A DNA stretch of 64,000 bases from the NCBI GenBank assembly GCA_965205025.1, contig CBDBFU010000032.1, forward strand, positions 32,001 to 96,000, given 5' to 3'. Shown piece after piece: positions 1 through 10,113 of the stretch. A program made the position numbers and the translations under genes. The notes beneath the pieces were generated by a model. The model was not told the origin of the DNA. It ran no database searches and saw only the letters and a program-made list of their open reading frames with translations. This stretch comes from Candidatus Poribacteria bacterium (GTDB lineage: Bacteria > Poribacteria > WGA-4E > WGA-3G). Numbering within the stretch: position 1 is the first letter of the stretch; the number at the start of each line of letters is the position of its first letter.

Positions 1-270
1 TTCGCATGTATTGACCCATCTGATGGTTCGCGTCAATGGAAAAAGGGACGTTATGGTCATGGACAAACACTTCTAATCGGAGATGTCCTCTTGGTTCTTA
101 CAGAATCTGGAGAGATTGTGTTACTCAAACCAGACCCTGAAAAACATAATCAGCTGGCACAAATCCAAGGCATAACTGGACAGACATGGAACAATCCTGC
201 CATTGCAGGAAATCTTCTACTCGTACGTAATAGTCAAGAAGCCGCATGCTATCGATTACAGACTGAGTAA
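1..270 (+). CDS. C-terminal part of PQQ-like beta-propeller repeat protein (partial)
   Basis: Frame +1 read manually: ..CIDPSDGSRQWKKGRYGHG..TWNNPAIAGNLLLVRNSQEAACYRL*, stop at 268-270. Confidence 0.75.
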   Translation, partial: FACIDPSDGSRQWKKGRYGHGQTLLIGDVLLVLTESGEIVLLKPDPEKHNQLAQIQGITGQTWNNPAIAGNLLLVRNSQEAACYRLQTE

Positions 271-314
271 ATGAAATTATAGACCTTCTATTTTCAAGAC
301 TTTTTACCACTCAA

Positions 315-1262
315 ATGGATCATCATATTAAAAGAGGAATACAAATACTGATGAATGCATATTTAATCAACTTTTTCAGAATCTTTATTGTATGTGTACT
401 CGGTATCTCACTTTCCGGTATAACAACAGCATCTGCTACCAAAGACAAGTCGATTGATTCACCCCTTGAACAACAAATTGATGATTTCGTTAAGCAATAC
501 CGAAGAAAGAATAAGCTGACCTACACCGATAAGACCAGTTTTGTTGTCTACGATCTATATCGTAATAAGAAATTAGTATCAATTAATGAAGATACGGAAA
601 GAATGGCAGCCTCGTTAATTAAGAATTTTGTCATGCTTGTATATTTCCATGAAGTTAAGCAAGGACGTTTAGTCCATACGAATACGAATCGTCGCCACCT
701 AAAAAGAATGATTGAGGTAAGCTCAAATACCTCAACCAACTATTTTATTAACCTAATTGGAAGTCCATACAAGGTTAACAGGATTCTAAAAGCCAATTAC
801 GGCTATTTTAAACAGACACGAATTGTAGAGAGAATACCCACAACAGGAAGGACATATAAAAATACCACAAGTGCGAAGGACTTGAACAATTTCTATGTAC
901 AGTTGTGGAATAATAAATTACCATACACAGATAAAATGAAATGGTATCTTGGACTCCAAAACGGAGATTATATCTATAAACGCACGAGTATCCCGTCATC
1001 TGTAAAGGTTTACAATAAAACAGGAACTGTTTACGGATTAATCGGCGATAGTGGTATCTTAGTTCTTCGTGATCCAAAGGGGAATCCGAGACCTTATGTC
1101 TTTACCGGAATGATTGAAGACAAGACGAAAACTAACTATCGTAGACGACGCATATCATTTGGGGCATGGGTTGGAAACCGAGCTAATATCCTTAGACGGG
1201 TTTCTGAAAGAGTATATGATTATATAGACAATTCCTACGGTGGGAACTTTATTTTACGGTAA
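315..1262 (+). CDS. Secreted class A beta-lactamase-like serine hydrolase (start may be ATG 351)
   Basis: SxxK (AASLIK), SSN and KTG motifs; signal peptide. Confidence 0.8.
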   Translation: MDHHIKRGIQILMNAYLINFFRIFIVCVLGISLSGITTASATKDKSIDSPLEQQIDDFVKQYRRKNKLTYTDKTSFVVYDLYRNKKLVSINEDTERMAASLIKNFVMLVYFHEVKQGRLVHTNTNRRHLKRMIEVSSNTSTNYFINLIGSPYKVNRILKANYGYFKQTRIVERIPTTGRTYKNTTSAKDLNNFYVQLWNNKLPYTDKMKWYLGLQNGDYIYKRTSIPSSVKVYNKTGTVYGLIGDSGILVLRDPKGNPRPYVFTGMIEDKTKTNYRRRRISFGAWVGNRANILRRVSERVYDYIDNSYGGNFILR

Positions 1263-1282
1263 ATGTCTATTACAGGTGTTCT

Positions 1283-1918
1283 ATGGCATCTATAGTCGAT
1301 ATTGGGAGAAGGGTAGAACTTGTTCCAATTGATACACACTTCAAGGATATTACAATAGGGCTCTATCGCGACCAACAAGAGGATCGTACTGTTTATCGTG
1401 TCCATACCTACAGTCGTTTAGAGGGTGTTCAAGAACGAATCCAAAATGTCATTCAGTCAATGCAAACCTTAGGGGGTATGGAAACATCTGACGAACTTCT
1501 CTACTTTCCTTGCGGTGAAGGACATCAAGCTGCTTGTCGCCGAGTTTTTTTAGAAGCCTGTAAGCTTCCACAAGACTCCCCAGCAGAACAACGACCATTG
1601 AATACACTGGATAAGAAATCTAAACTAACTATTACTGTAAATTCATTAGGGAGCGGTATCTATAAGGTAGCTGCAAATGGAGAAGGACGCAGTGCTGAAC
1701 GGAGAGTCTCTGCTATTACAGGTGGATTAATGAAGTTAGGAGAGATGGAACCCGTGAAGGATAATGAGAACGATTCAGTCTCATTATCCTGCGGTTATTC
1801 TCACGATGCCCTTATCGGACTATTATTAGTTCGCGCCCCAAATGTGCGAGTTATTCTACGAGAAGATGAAGCAAGTGCATCTCGGGGCGTCTTAAGTGCT
1901 CCCAGTCAGCAGACATAG
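1283..1918 (+). CDS. Conserved hypothetical protein
   Basis: 211-aa ORF with RBS-like AGGTG; Cys/His motifs repeated twice (FPCGEGH, LSCGYSH). Confidence 0.7.
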   Translation: MASIVDIGRRVELVPIDTHFKDITIGLYRDQQEDRTVYRVHTYSRLEGVQERIQNVIQSMQTLGGMETSDELLYFPCGEGHQAACRRVFLEACKLPQDSPAEQRPLNTLDKKSKLTITVNSLGSGIYKVAANGEGRSAERRVSAITGGLMKLGEMEPVKDNENDSVSLSCGYSHDALIGLLLVRAPNVRVILREDEASASRGVLSAPSQQT

Positions 1919-1960
1919 AATATTTGAAGAAATGCTATAGATAAACGGGATATCAAACCT

Positions 1961-2974
1961 ATGAATGGACGAGAACGCGTCTTAGCTGCCCTCCGGAATG
2001 AACCCACTGATCGAACCCCAGTTTGCAATCCTACCTCCGTTGCTACTGTGGAATTGATGGATCTGGTCGATGCACCTTTTCCACAAGCCAATCGTGATCC
2101 GGAATTGATGGCACGGCTTGCAGCAACAGGTTATACAGAACTCGGTTTTGATACCATAATGCCAGTTTTCACTATCATTCAAGAGTCCAGCGCACTCGGA
2201 TGCAAAATTCAGTGGGAACAGAAGGACAACTGGCCAACCGTCAGAATGCGTGAACCTATATGGGAAGATGTTGATGATATTACTATCCCAAGCGACTTCT
2301 TAACCCATCCAGATACACAATGTGTCCTTGAAGCCATAAAGATTCTAAAAAAAGAATATGGTGATGAAGTGGCTGTTATTGGTAAAACAATGGGACCTTG
2401 GTCACTCGGATACCACTGCTTTGGTGTTGAACCTTTCCTATTACTTTCTCTTGATGATCCAGGTAAAACGAAACTTGCATTAGACCGTATGAAAGAGGCT
2501 ACTGTAGAATTCGGTATTGCGCAAATAGAAGCCGGTGCAGATGCCCTCACTCTTCCAGACCATGCAACAGGTGATCTTGTCAGTGGTGAATACTACGAAC
2601 GATATCTACGCGACTTACATATTGAATTCGTAGATCGAATACCTATCCCTCTTATACTACATATTTGTGGACGTACAGTTGATCGCATGGAATATATTGC
2701 ACAAACAGGTATGGCAGCTTTCCACTTCGACTCAAAAAATGAACCGAAAGAATCAATGGATATCGTAGAGAAACGGATCGCGCTGGTTGGTAATATCAAC
2801 AATCCTGAAACTCTTTTCGCCAAAGACCCCGAAGATGTTAAGGCAGAAGTCGTTAAAAATCTTGAAGCAGGTGTACCACTAATCGGTCCTGAATGTGCTA
2901 TCCCCCTCCAAACAACAATCGAAAACCTTCAAGAAATCCCAAAAGCCGTTCAGGAATGGCACCGTAATCAATGA
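1961..2974 (+). CDS. MtaA/CmuA-family methyltransferase (URO-D fold)
   Basis: N-terminal ERVLAAL..DRTPV, LHICG and terminal PEC zinc-ligand motifs. Confidence 0.85.
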   Translation: MNGRERVLAALRNEPTDRTPVCNPTSVATVELMDLVDAPFPQANRDPELMARLAATGYTELGFDTIMPVFTIIQESSALGCKIQWEQKDNWPTVRMREPIWEDVDDITIPSDFLTHPDTQCVLEAIKILKKEYGDEVAVIGKTMGPWSLGYHCFGVEPFLLLSLDDPGKTKLALDRMKEATVEFGIAQIEAGADALTLPDHATGDLVSGEYYERYLRDLHIEFVDRIPIPLILHICGRTVDRMEYIAQTGMAAFHFDSKNEPKESMDIVEKRIALVGNINNPETLFAKDPEDVKAEVVKNLEAGVPLIGPECAIPLQTTIENLQEIPKAVQEWHRNQ

Positions 2975-3096
2975 ACTCATGGCGAATTAAAGCTAATACC
3001 ATATCTAAAAATGTCTATCCGATGAACAGTTGTTATACCATTTTCAATTGATAGATTTACATTATGATTTACGTGATACAAGGTTTATATATATTA

Positions 3097-3176
3097 TGAG
3101 TCCCGTAGGGACGAAATGTCTATAGAAAAAGTGTTTATCCATTATCTTGAGTCCCGTAGGGACGGAATGTCTATAT
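3097..3176. repeat. REP-like doublet GAGTCCCGTAGGGACG(A/G)AATGTCTATA
   Basis: Two copies ~51 bp apart; same family at ~25426/25475, 38581, 56435, 59195/59246. Confidence 0.85.
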
Positions 3177-3238
3177 CAACATATAGATGGATATTGTGAA
3201 TGGAAAAAGTGTTAATATTTATCGTTTTGAGATGATAG

Positions 3239-3329
3239 CACTTTCACGGAAACCTTCACGGAGCAATTTTACGAGCCCTTATTCTATAAGGGTTTATAAT
3301 TTTAAGTATACCGATTCTCCGTGAATCAC
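3239..3329 (-). repeat. Conserved non-coding TCACGGAG/CTCCGTGAA element, copy 1 (core)
   Basis: Reverse complement matches 38977-39067 and 60741-60831. Confidence 0.85.
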
Positions 3330-3456
3330 ATTCGTTAATATTAATATAACTTAAGTATGAACGGAATGCATCTTTGGTTTTCATCTGATACCATTTCAAT
3401 TAATGTTTATCCCATGAACAGTTGTTATGTATGTCTTGAAATACTGCACAAACTGG

Positions 3457-3552
3457 ATGAAGATTAAATAAATATTTCGGTAATCCATCCCATAAAATTA
3501 TCGTAGGGACGGGATTTCCCCGTCCGTATATAGCCGAATTAATAAATTAATC
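3457..3552. mobile_element. MITE-A copy (ATGAAGATTAA end; right end truncated) with internal GTAG hairpin
   Basis: Similar to 54480-54580; follows the GCACAAACTGG half-hairpin. Confidence 0.65.
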
Positions 3553-3709
3553 ACTGAACACGTCATCTGCCAAATACAACATACCAACACCAACAACGGC
3601 AGTTAAAGGATAAAACCATTTTCTAAACTTCTTGAATTTTAGTTCCGTTCCATGTTGCTTTGATCTCATAACTTCCATTCTGGATAACATACTATCTCTT
3701 GTAGATGAA

Positions 3710-4615
3710 TCAGCCAAATGATTGACAGGCCTTACCATCCTCGTTGATATTTGACATATTAATTAGGTCAAAAGGGATTCCATCTTCTCTTGCTAATCGA
3801 TATAGAGCAAGTTTACATTTTTCAATATCTCGCATCCAAATCCCAAGTTGAGATTTGGCTTCCAATTCGACATAGTACTGATCTCTGTTTAAGCTACCAG
3901 GTCGAAGATTTTCCATTATATTGAGATAGGTTTCGTATTCGTTCTTTTCTATAGGGACACCTAACTCAATCTTTTCCATAAAATCAGCAACTATATGAAC
4001 ATCAGGTATATCACCGTATTCTTTGATAAGTCGTACGCGATTATATTCTGTCCATGCTTCTGGGTCTTCCTTTCTGATTTTCGCTACCGCACTTTGTTCA
4101 TCATAATAAGTTGTCCTGTGAAATAATGGTATTTCTTTTGTATCTGTACCCTTGATCGGACTCTCAGGAAATAAGTAGTTGTGAGCTTGAACAACAGCTC
4201 TTAGTTCGTCATCTGTTAAAACAATACTGAATGCCCTTTTAAGAGGATAATCTGCAAGGACATGCACCTGTTCGATGTCTCCGAAACGCTTGATGAGTGA
4301 TGCACGAAAGTATTCAGTGTATAGAATAAAGTCATCTGTATGTTCATAGATTTCATTTAGGTCAAGGATGACAGGTATACTTCCTATACTAAGTAGGTGT
4401 CGTGCATAAGCAGCACGTTCCACTGGATCTCTTGTCTTTTCCCAATCTCTTGGTACTCCGACTTCTAAATTCTCAAGTTTTTCAACAAAAGATGCAATCC
4501 TTAGTAACGGATCAGTTTCATGTTCAATTGGTGTCGGTGTGTCTTCCATTTCACCACAACTGAAGATGAATAAGATAATGGGTAACCATGCAAGTTGTAA
4601 TAAGTACTTTTTCAT
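3710..4615 (-). CDS. Lipoprotein with internal helical repeats
   Basis: Lipobox IFSC; repeated LIK(R/E)(F/Y)GDI..VH..AD(Y/F)..K unit. Confidence 0.75.
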   Translation of the reverse strand: MKKYLLQLAWLPIILFIFSCGEMEDTPTPIEHETDPLLRIASFVEKLENLEVGVPRDWEKTRDPVERAAYARHLLSIGSIPVILDLNEIYEHTDDFILYTEYFRASLIKRFGDIEQVHVLADYPLKRAFSIVLTDDELRAVVQAHNYLFPESPIKGTDTKEIPLFHRTTYYDEQSAVAKIRKEDPEAWTEYNRVRLIKEYGDIPDVHIVADFMEKIELGVPIEKNEYETYLNIMENLRPGSLNRDQYYVELEAKSQLGIWMRDIEKCKLALYRLAREDGIPFDLINMSNINEDGKACQSFG

Positions 4616-5297
4616 TTATTATCCTTTTATTTACTATAGTTTGGACAATTTTAGTGACAAGAAGCGGAAAAGAGGTTATCCTTTCAAAAAACACTAACAA
4701 CTTGAAAGGATCAACAAATGTAACCTCTTTCCCTCTTAGATGATATGTTATCAAAATTTATGGTACATTTCAAACACAATAACTTTACTCATTTTCGCAA
4801 CTTTGTCTTAGGATTGATCAATAATCCATACCCCGCGCAACAGTGTCTAATGTGTATCAATCCGGTGTCAAATACAAGTCGTATTGGGCACAGTTGAAGT
4901 TTCTTTCTCGTGGCAAATGGTGTGTTGATAAGGTTTCTACTTTTCTGACACAACTCGTTCAAACGATCTATAACAAGGTGTTTATGTCTATGATGAAACA
5001 CACGCTATCAAAACGGGTCGTAAACAATATGGGCTACATCTGTACGGACATCAGTTCGGTGCGCTCGGTTGGCTTTGTAAAACACCTATGGGACACGCAT
5101 TTTCCCGCTCTGTGTGCGCGTGATGTGCCCAAACACAAAAGATACAAGTCTGTCAGTAATACTTGAAAACTCAACTTGAAATGGACATAAATTGTCCAAA
5201 CTTTAGTAAAAGCAATTAGTGTATCAATTAAAACGAATTCTAATCTACCTACCTTCAAATTGCAAACAAGTTTTCAACACATAAAATCAAGTAAAAT

Positions 5298-6089
5298 TCA
5301 TTGGGTTCGGCACACACCAATAAGGTCTAACCCATGGTGAAGTTGCGTATCTGATACATGAAAATCTGATAATGTGATATTGGATATTAAGCTATCGTGA
5401 GTTGCTTTCATAAATGATTTTAACATTTTTCCACCAATATTAAAGCAGGATTGCAGCAGGCGTTTAGGAAGCCACTTACGCATTTTCAGGATATCCCACC
5501 TGAATATTTGCTGGACATACCGTGCTCGAATGTTTTGAAATTGTTGAACTTTTTCGCGGGCATGAAGTGCGTAAAGTGTTACATTTTTAAAACAGGATGA
5601 AAGGAGTTTGCGATATTCGTCAACGGAATACTCCCGTTCATGATAGGGCCACTCTATACCAGTAGCACTTCGAAAAGGTGAATAACGGTTTGGGGTAGAA
5701 ATCAACAGTATACCTGACTTTGATAGAAGTTTACTTATATCCGCTAATAAACGGGTCGGTTCTTTTAGATGTTCAATGACGTGAAAACAACAGACGATAT
5801 CAAACGTTTTGTGGGTATATTTTGAAAGATTCTCAACATGTTGAACGTCAAAACTAAGGTTTGGTAGGGGATATTTTCGTTGTGCTTCTTGAATAGATTT
5901 CTTATCTTTATCAATAGCCAAAACATCTTTGGCGTGTTGTGCTAACAGGTGTGCTCCATATCCTTCACCGCACCCAATATCTAATACATTCATTGCTTTT
6001 ATGAATTGCGTTGCATATTCATAAACAGCGCGATATTGACAATAAAAAGGATGATTTATTTTTTGAGATGGATCAGTTCTTTCTGCCAT
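5298..6089 (-). CDS. Class I SAM-dependent methyltransferase
   Basis: VLDIGCGEG, FHVIEHL, ISTPN motifs. Confidence 0.9.
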   Translation of the reverse strand: MAERTDPSQKINHPFYCQYRAVYEYATQFIKAMNVLDIGCGEGYGAHLLAQHAKDVLAIDKDKKSIQEAQRKYPLPNLSFDVQHVENLSKYTHKTFDIVCCFHVIEHLKEPTRLLADISKLLSKSGILLISTPNRYSPFRSATGIEWPYHEREYSVDEYRKLLSSCFKNVTLYALHAREKVQQFQNIRARYVQQIFRWDILKMRKWLPKRLLQSCFNIGGKMLKSFMKATHDSLISNITLSDFHVSDTQLHHGLDLIGVCRTQ

Positions 6090-6319
6090 GTAGCAACTCC
6101 TAAAAGATGTTATAGCATTTTTATAAATGTTTATACCATGAACAGATGTTATACATGGATTGAAATACTAATGTAAGAATTGGGGGTCGGAATTCCTATA
6201 AGTGTCAATTTAGTGCATCTCCAGTATCGGTAGCTTCGGTTTCCTAACCGAAGCGGAATTACGCGAGGACCTTCAATCAAAAGGATTCTCACAAATCCGG
6301 TGCGGTTGGGAAACCGCAC

Positions 6320-7774
6320 CATAGGCGTCAATTTAGCGGTTTTTTGTAGCATTTTCAAGATATTCCAATGTTGTTTTTCTATTAGCTCTTCTTTCAATGT
6401 AGCACCCGTTTTCGAATACTTGTTTTATCTCATCAAATGTCTCTCTAAGATGTCTCTTTGACTTGCGAAAGCTTATTGTGATTGTGCGTGTGTAGGACGT
6501 AATAAGCTCTACTGTTTTCGATAAACTATGCCGTAAACATCGCCATCCTATGACCAACATCACCCAATGCCGAATGATTGCAGCGATCAGTTTAGCATAT
6601 ATTTCACATAGAATACGATACGGTTTTTTACTTCGTGATGTGTCTACTTTTCCAAGGCTTTTAAAGCACTTAAATATCAACTCGATCTGCCATCGAATCC
6701 GCGCAATGACACATATCTGTTCAGCGGTGAGTTGATCCGTTCCAATATTTGTAATGTAGATATTCCAACCTGCGAGTTGGAGTCGTGCCTGTGATGCTTG
6801 TGTATGCTTTCGTTTAGCACGATAGTTGATATCTCGTCGTCGTTTTTCGGTTTCTTCTTCGGAGAGTCTCTGAGCTACTAATCTTACTTTCATCCGCTTT
6901 TTTGAACCTATGAAAATATCTGTTTCGATAATGTTTTCGGTCTGAAACTTGAGCCATTTATGTAAACAAAGAGGCTTTCCTGTATTGTCAAAAACCGAAC
7001 ACCTAACTTTATACCGTGAAATCCAAAAGACCCCTTCGTCCGTAAGTTCTTGAAGGGTTTGTAGCGAAAAATAACCGAGATCCGCAAGGCGTAAACTCCC
7101 TTGGGGGAGCCGGTCAATCTGTTTTTCTACAGTGCTATCAGCGGTGATGCCGTTGGTGAGTTGAAAGTGTTCGAATGTCCCTGTAGCAACATCGAAGCGT
7201 AGATGGAGTTTCAGTTCGGATTTGTTCGGATAATCCTTTTTACTGGCACCTTCCCAAATATCGTGAAGCGTATCAGGGAGTGTTATCCAGGAACTATCTT
7301 GTATATAGATACCGTTGAACTGTTCAAGGAGTGGGAGAACTTGTGGATCCGCAGAAATCACTTCGGACGCAGCCGCGTCAAGGATTGCTTTGAGGGTTTG
7401 TGCAGCTTCAGCAGTAAATCGTTGTTCAATCGCTTGTCGTGAGATTGGAGTACCGAGAGAAGCAGCAGTATGTGTAAGTTGAGTATAGGTGGCATCAGGA
7501 TTTTCTAACCAACTATAAATAAGTGTCTGAGCAAAATGACTCCCCGCAAGTTTTCGATTTCTTTTGCAAAATCCTGTTTCAAGGGCTGCTTCATCAGCAA
7601 TGGTTGTTAGAATCTGTTGCATTTTTTCAGGAACCTGTGATAATGTATTCATTGGAAACACCTCTTGTATAAAGTAAAAGGTAATATTTTTATACATTAT
7701 ATAGGAGGTGTTTTCACTTAACAATAATTATTATTGAAAAATCAGACATCCTTTTTCTAAAATTGACGCCTATA
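6320..7774 (-). mobile_element. Complete IS4-family insertion sequence with 20-bp target duplication
   Basis: Terminal IRs CATAGGCGTCAATTT / AAATTGACGCCTATA; flanking direct repeat GTGCGGTTGGGAAACCGCAC at 6300-6319 and 7775-7794. Confidence 0.9.
6333..7652 (-). CDS. IS4-family DDE transposase
   Basis: IQDSS, LADLGYF and R-WQIE-FK-K (YREK-like) motifs; probable start ATG 7652 after GAGG. Confidence 0.92.
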   Translation of the reverse strand: MNTLSQVPEKMQQILTTIADEAALETGFCKRNRKLAGSHFAQTLIYSWLENPDATYTQLTHTAASLGTPISRQAIEQRFTAEAAQTLKAILDAAASEVISADPQVLPLLEQFNGIYIQDSSWITLPDTLHDIWEGASKKDYPNKSELKLHLRFDVATGTFEHFQLTNGITADSTVEKQIDRLPQGSLRLADLGYFSLQTLQELTDEGVFWISRYKVRCSVFDNTGKPLCLHKWLKFQTENIIETDIFIGSKKRMKVRLVAQRLSEEETEKRRRDINYRAKRKHTQASQARLQLAGWNIYITNIGTDQLTAEQICVIARIRWQIELIFKCFKSLGKVDTSRSKKPYRILCEIYAKLIAAIIRHWVMLVIGWRCLRHSLSKTVELITSYTRTITISFRKSKRHLRETFDEIKQVFENGCYIERRANRKTTLEYLENATKNR

Positions 7775-7901
7775 GTGCGGTTGGGAAACCGCACCTACCG
7801 GCCTGGGGGTGGGAAAGATCGAGGATCGGAATCTACTCCTAATAGAACTAAAAGCACAAACTGGAAGTTTATGCTACATCAAAGAGATCTTTGAATGTGA
7901 C

Positions 7902-8894
7902 TTAGGATTTTCCATCATTCTGGTTAATATTATGCTTTGAAAGTTCATTTTCAGATTGTATGCGGCGTTCAAACCGAGATATAAGACCAATAATCAACTC
8001 TCCCAGTAGTCCGATAGAAAAAAACTGTGCACCAAGGATTAACATCAAAACAGAAAGCATAAGCAAGGGGCGAAAACCTACACCACCTTCTATAAACCAC
8101 ACAAAAGCAAGGTAGATCCCGATTAGCATACCGATAAAAGTGACAATTGCACCAATCATGCCAAAAACATGTAAAGGACGTTTAAGGTATTTTGTGATAA
8201 ACAACACTGTGAGTAGATCAAAGAATCCTTTTGGTATCCGCTTTAACCCGTACTTAGAAACGCCAAAACGGCGTGGATGATGTTTTACTTTGACTTCACC
8301 AACCCGATAGCCTGCTTGATGTGCCAATATAGGTATATACCGATGCAGGTCTCCGTAGAGGTGAAGTTCTTTAGCAACTTCTTTCCGATATGCCTTGAAC
8401 CCACAGTTCATGTCGTGAAGTTTTACACCGGTGAACCAAGCGGTAACGTTATTGAAAATGAAAGAGAAGGCGCGCTTTTCAAAGGGATCTTTCCGTGGAA
8501 ATTTCCACCCAGAAATGACATCGTAGGCACCGTTGTGAAGTGCGTCTAACAACTTGGGAATTTCCTCTGGGTCATCCTGTAGATCAGCGTCCATAGTGAT
8601 AACAATGTCTCCTGTCGCTGCAGCGAACCCCGCGGTGAGTGCTTCTGCTTTGCCCTGATTACGTTTGAAATGGATAATCTGAATTGGAGACAATTGTGCA
8701 GATGCAGCGAGAGCTTCCAACACCTCCGCAGTCGTATCGGTGCTGCCATCGTTGATAAAAACGACTTCTGCATTGTAGGAATGCGTTTTCAGGGTAAGTT
8801 CAATCTGCTGTAGTAAAACAGGAAGCGATTCCTCTTCATTGTATGCTGGGATAACAATTGATAATTGAGGGTCGTTATGTATTTCTTTTGACAT
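7902..8894 (-). CDS. GT2 polyprenol-phosphate glycosyltransferase (ArnC/DPM-like)
   Basis: IPAYNEE, DGSTD, DADLQD motifs; two C-terminal TM helices. Confidence 0.9.
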   Translation of the reverse strand: MSKEIHNDPQLSIVIPAYNEEESLPVLLQQIELTLKTHSYNAEVVFINDGSTDTTAEVLEALAASAQLSPIQIIHFKRNQGKAEALTAGFAAATGDIVITMDADLQDDPEEIPKLLDALHNGAYDVISGWKFPRKDPFEKRAFSFIFNNVTAWFTGVKLHDMNCGFKAYRKEVAKELHLYGDLHRYIPILAHQAGYRVGEVKVKHHPRRFGVSKYGLKRIPKGFFDLLTVLFITKYLKRPLHVFGMIGAIVTFIGMLIGIYLAFVWFIEGGVGFRPLLMLSVLMLILGAQFFSIGLLGELIIGLISRFERRIQSENELSKHNINQNDGKS

Positions 8895-10113
8895 TTTGCT
8901 GATAGATACTGATAAATTGTTCTATTGTTTTTGTCCAAGTTAATTCTTGCTGTATACGTTGTTGTCCTGCTCTGCCGAACTGTTCTCGTTTTGCGGGGTT
9001 TTCTAATAGCGATATAATTGCAGTTGCTAAATTGTTGACGTTTTTCTCATCCACTAATATGCCTGTTTCGCCATCTTTTACGACGATAGGTATTCCCGAA
9101 ATGTCTGTAGAAACCACAGGTTTTCCGCATGCCATCGCTTCTAAAATTACAATTGGACATCCGTCCACATTGCCTTTCGGATCAAATACTGCGGGGAGCA
9201 CAAACAGATCAGACATATAAAAATAGACGGGAACGTCCGCTCGACTTATCGTACCGGGAAACTGAACAAAATCTGAAACACCTAATTCCGTTGCGAGGGT
9301 TTTGAGACGAGACAGGTCAGTCCCATCTCCACCAATAATAACTTTTACATCCTGCACCTTTTCTTGGACATAGGGTAGTGCCTGAATCAGTACGTCGAAT
9401 CCCTTTTTTAAAACGATACGTCCTAACGCAAAAACGACGGGACAATCATCTGGAATTGAAAGTGTTCCCCGCATCTCAGTAATCTTTTTCTGAGACGGTG
9501 TAGAAAATACACTGGGTGTTACGCCATTGGGTATCATACACCGCTTATGTTCTGGTACACCCAATGCTGCTAACTCGGGCAAAAATACGGGTGTCACACT
9601 CGTTACCATTGCAGCATGTTTAAGTGTCCACCTTGCCATACTCTTGAAGATAAAATTCTGTTTTGAAACAAAAATGTCTGACCCGTGGAGCGTTATGACA
9701 AATGGAATTTTTAACAATCTATTGACCACCGCGCTTATGAAACCGTTGGGTAAAAGCCAGTGTGCATGAATCACGTCAAATTTGTGTTTGCGACTCAACC
9801 AAAAAAGGTGGAATATACCTGAAATAAACAGAAATGGTGCTAATAGGTATACATACTTCTTTAGTGCACAATCGTTCACCAATGTATTGGAATACCCTAA
9901 ACGTTGCAGCTGACGAGGAAAAAAGTAGCGATATGTACGTAGATTCACAGCACTATCTGTCTCGGAACGTTTAAACTGCGGGGTACCTGGTGTTAGAACT
10001 GTAATATCAACATCCTCTTGTTGCTGAAGTGTCTCAGCGATGGATTCAATAAATGGTGCCGTTGTGTCATCAGGAAAACGCGGATACCCATGTGTCAGTA
10101 TACAAACCTTCAT
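8875..10113 (-). CDS. GT4 glycosyltransferase
   Basis: GT-B motifs HAHW, KKGF, ILEAMACGKPVV. Confidence 0.9.
   Translation of the reverse strand: MKVCILTHGYPRFPDDTTAPFIESIAETLQQQEDVDITVLTPGTPQFKRSETDSAVNLRTYRYFFPRQLQRLGYSNTLVNDCALKKYVYLLAPFLFISGIFHLFWLSRKHKFDVIHAHWLLPNGFISAVVNRLLKIPFVITLHGSDIFVSKQNFIFKSMARWTLKHAAMVTSVTPVFLPELAALGVPEHKRCMIPNGVTPSVFSTPSQKKITEMRGTLSIPDDCPVVFALGRIVLKKGFDVLIQALPYVQEKVQDVKVIIGGDGTDLSRLKTLATELGVSDFVQFPGTISRADVPVYFYMSDLFVLPAVFDPKGNVDGCPIVILEAMACGKPVVSTDISGIPIVVKDGETGILVDEKNVNNLATAIISLLENPAKREQFGRAGQQRIQQELTWTKTIEQFISIYQQNVKRNT

Noticed and set aside
3097-3176. GAGTCCCGTAGGGACG repeats as a CRISPR array (also 25426-25500, 56415-56555, 59195-59365)
   Set aside because: Only 2-3 units, short intervening sequences that recur between loci, dispersed, and no cas genes; these fit REP-like repeats.
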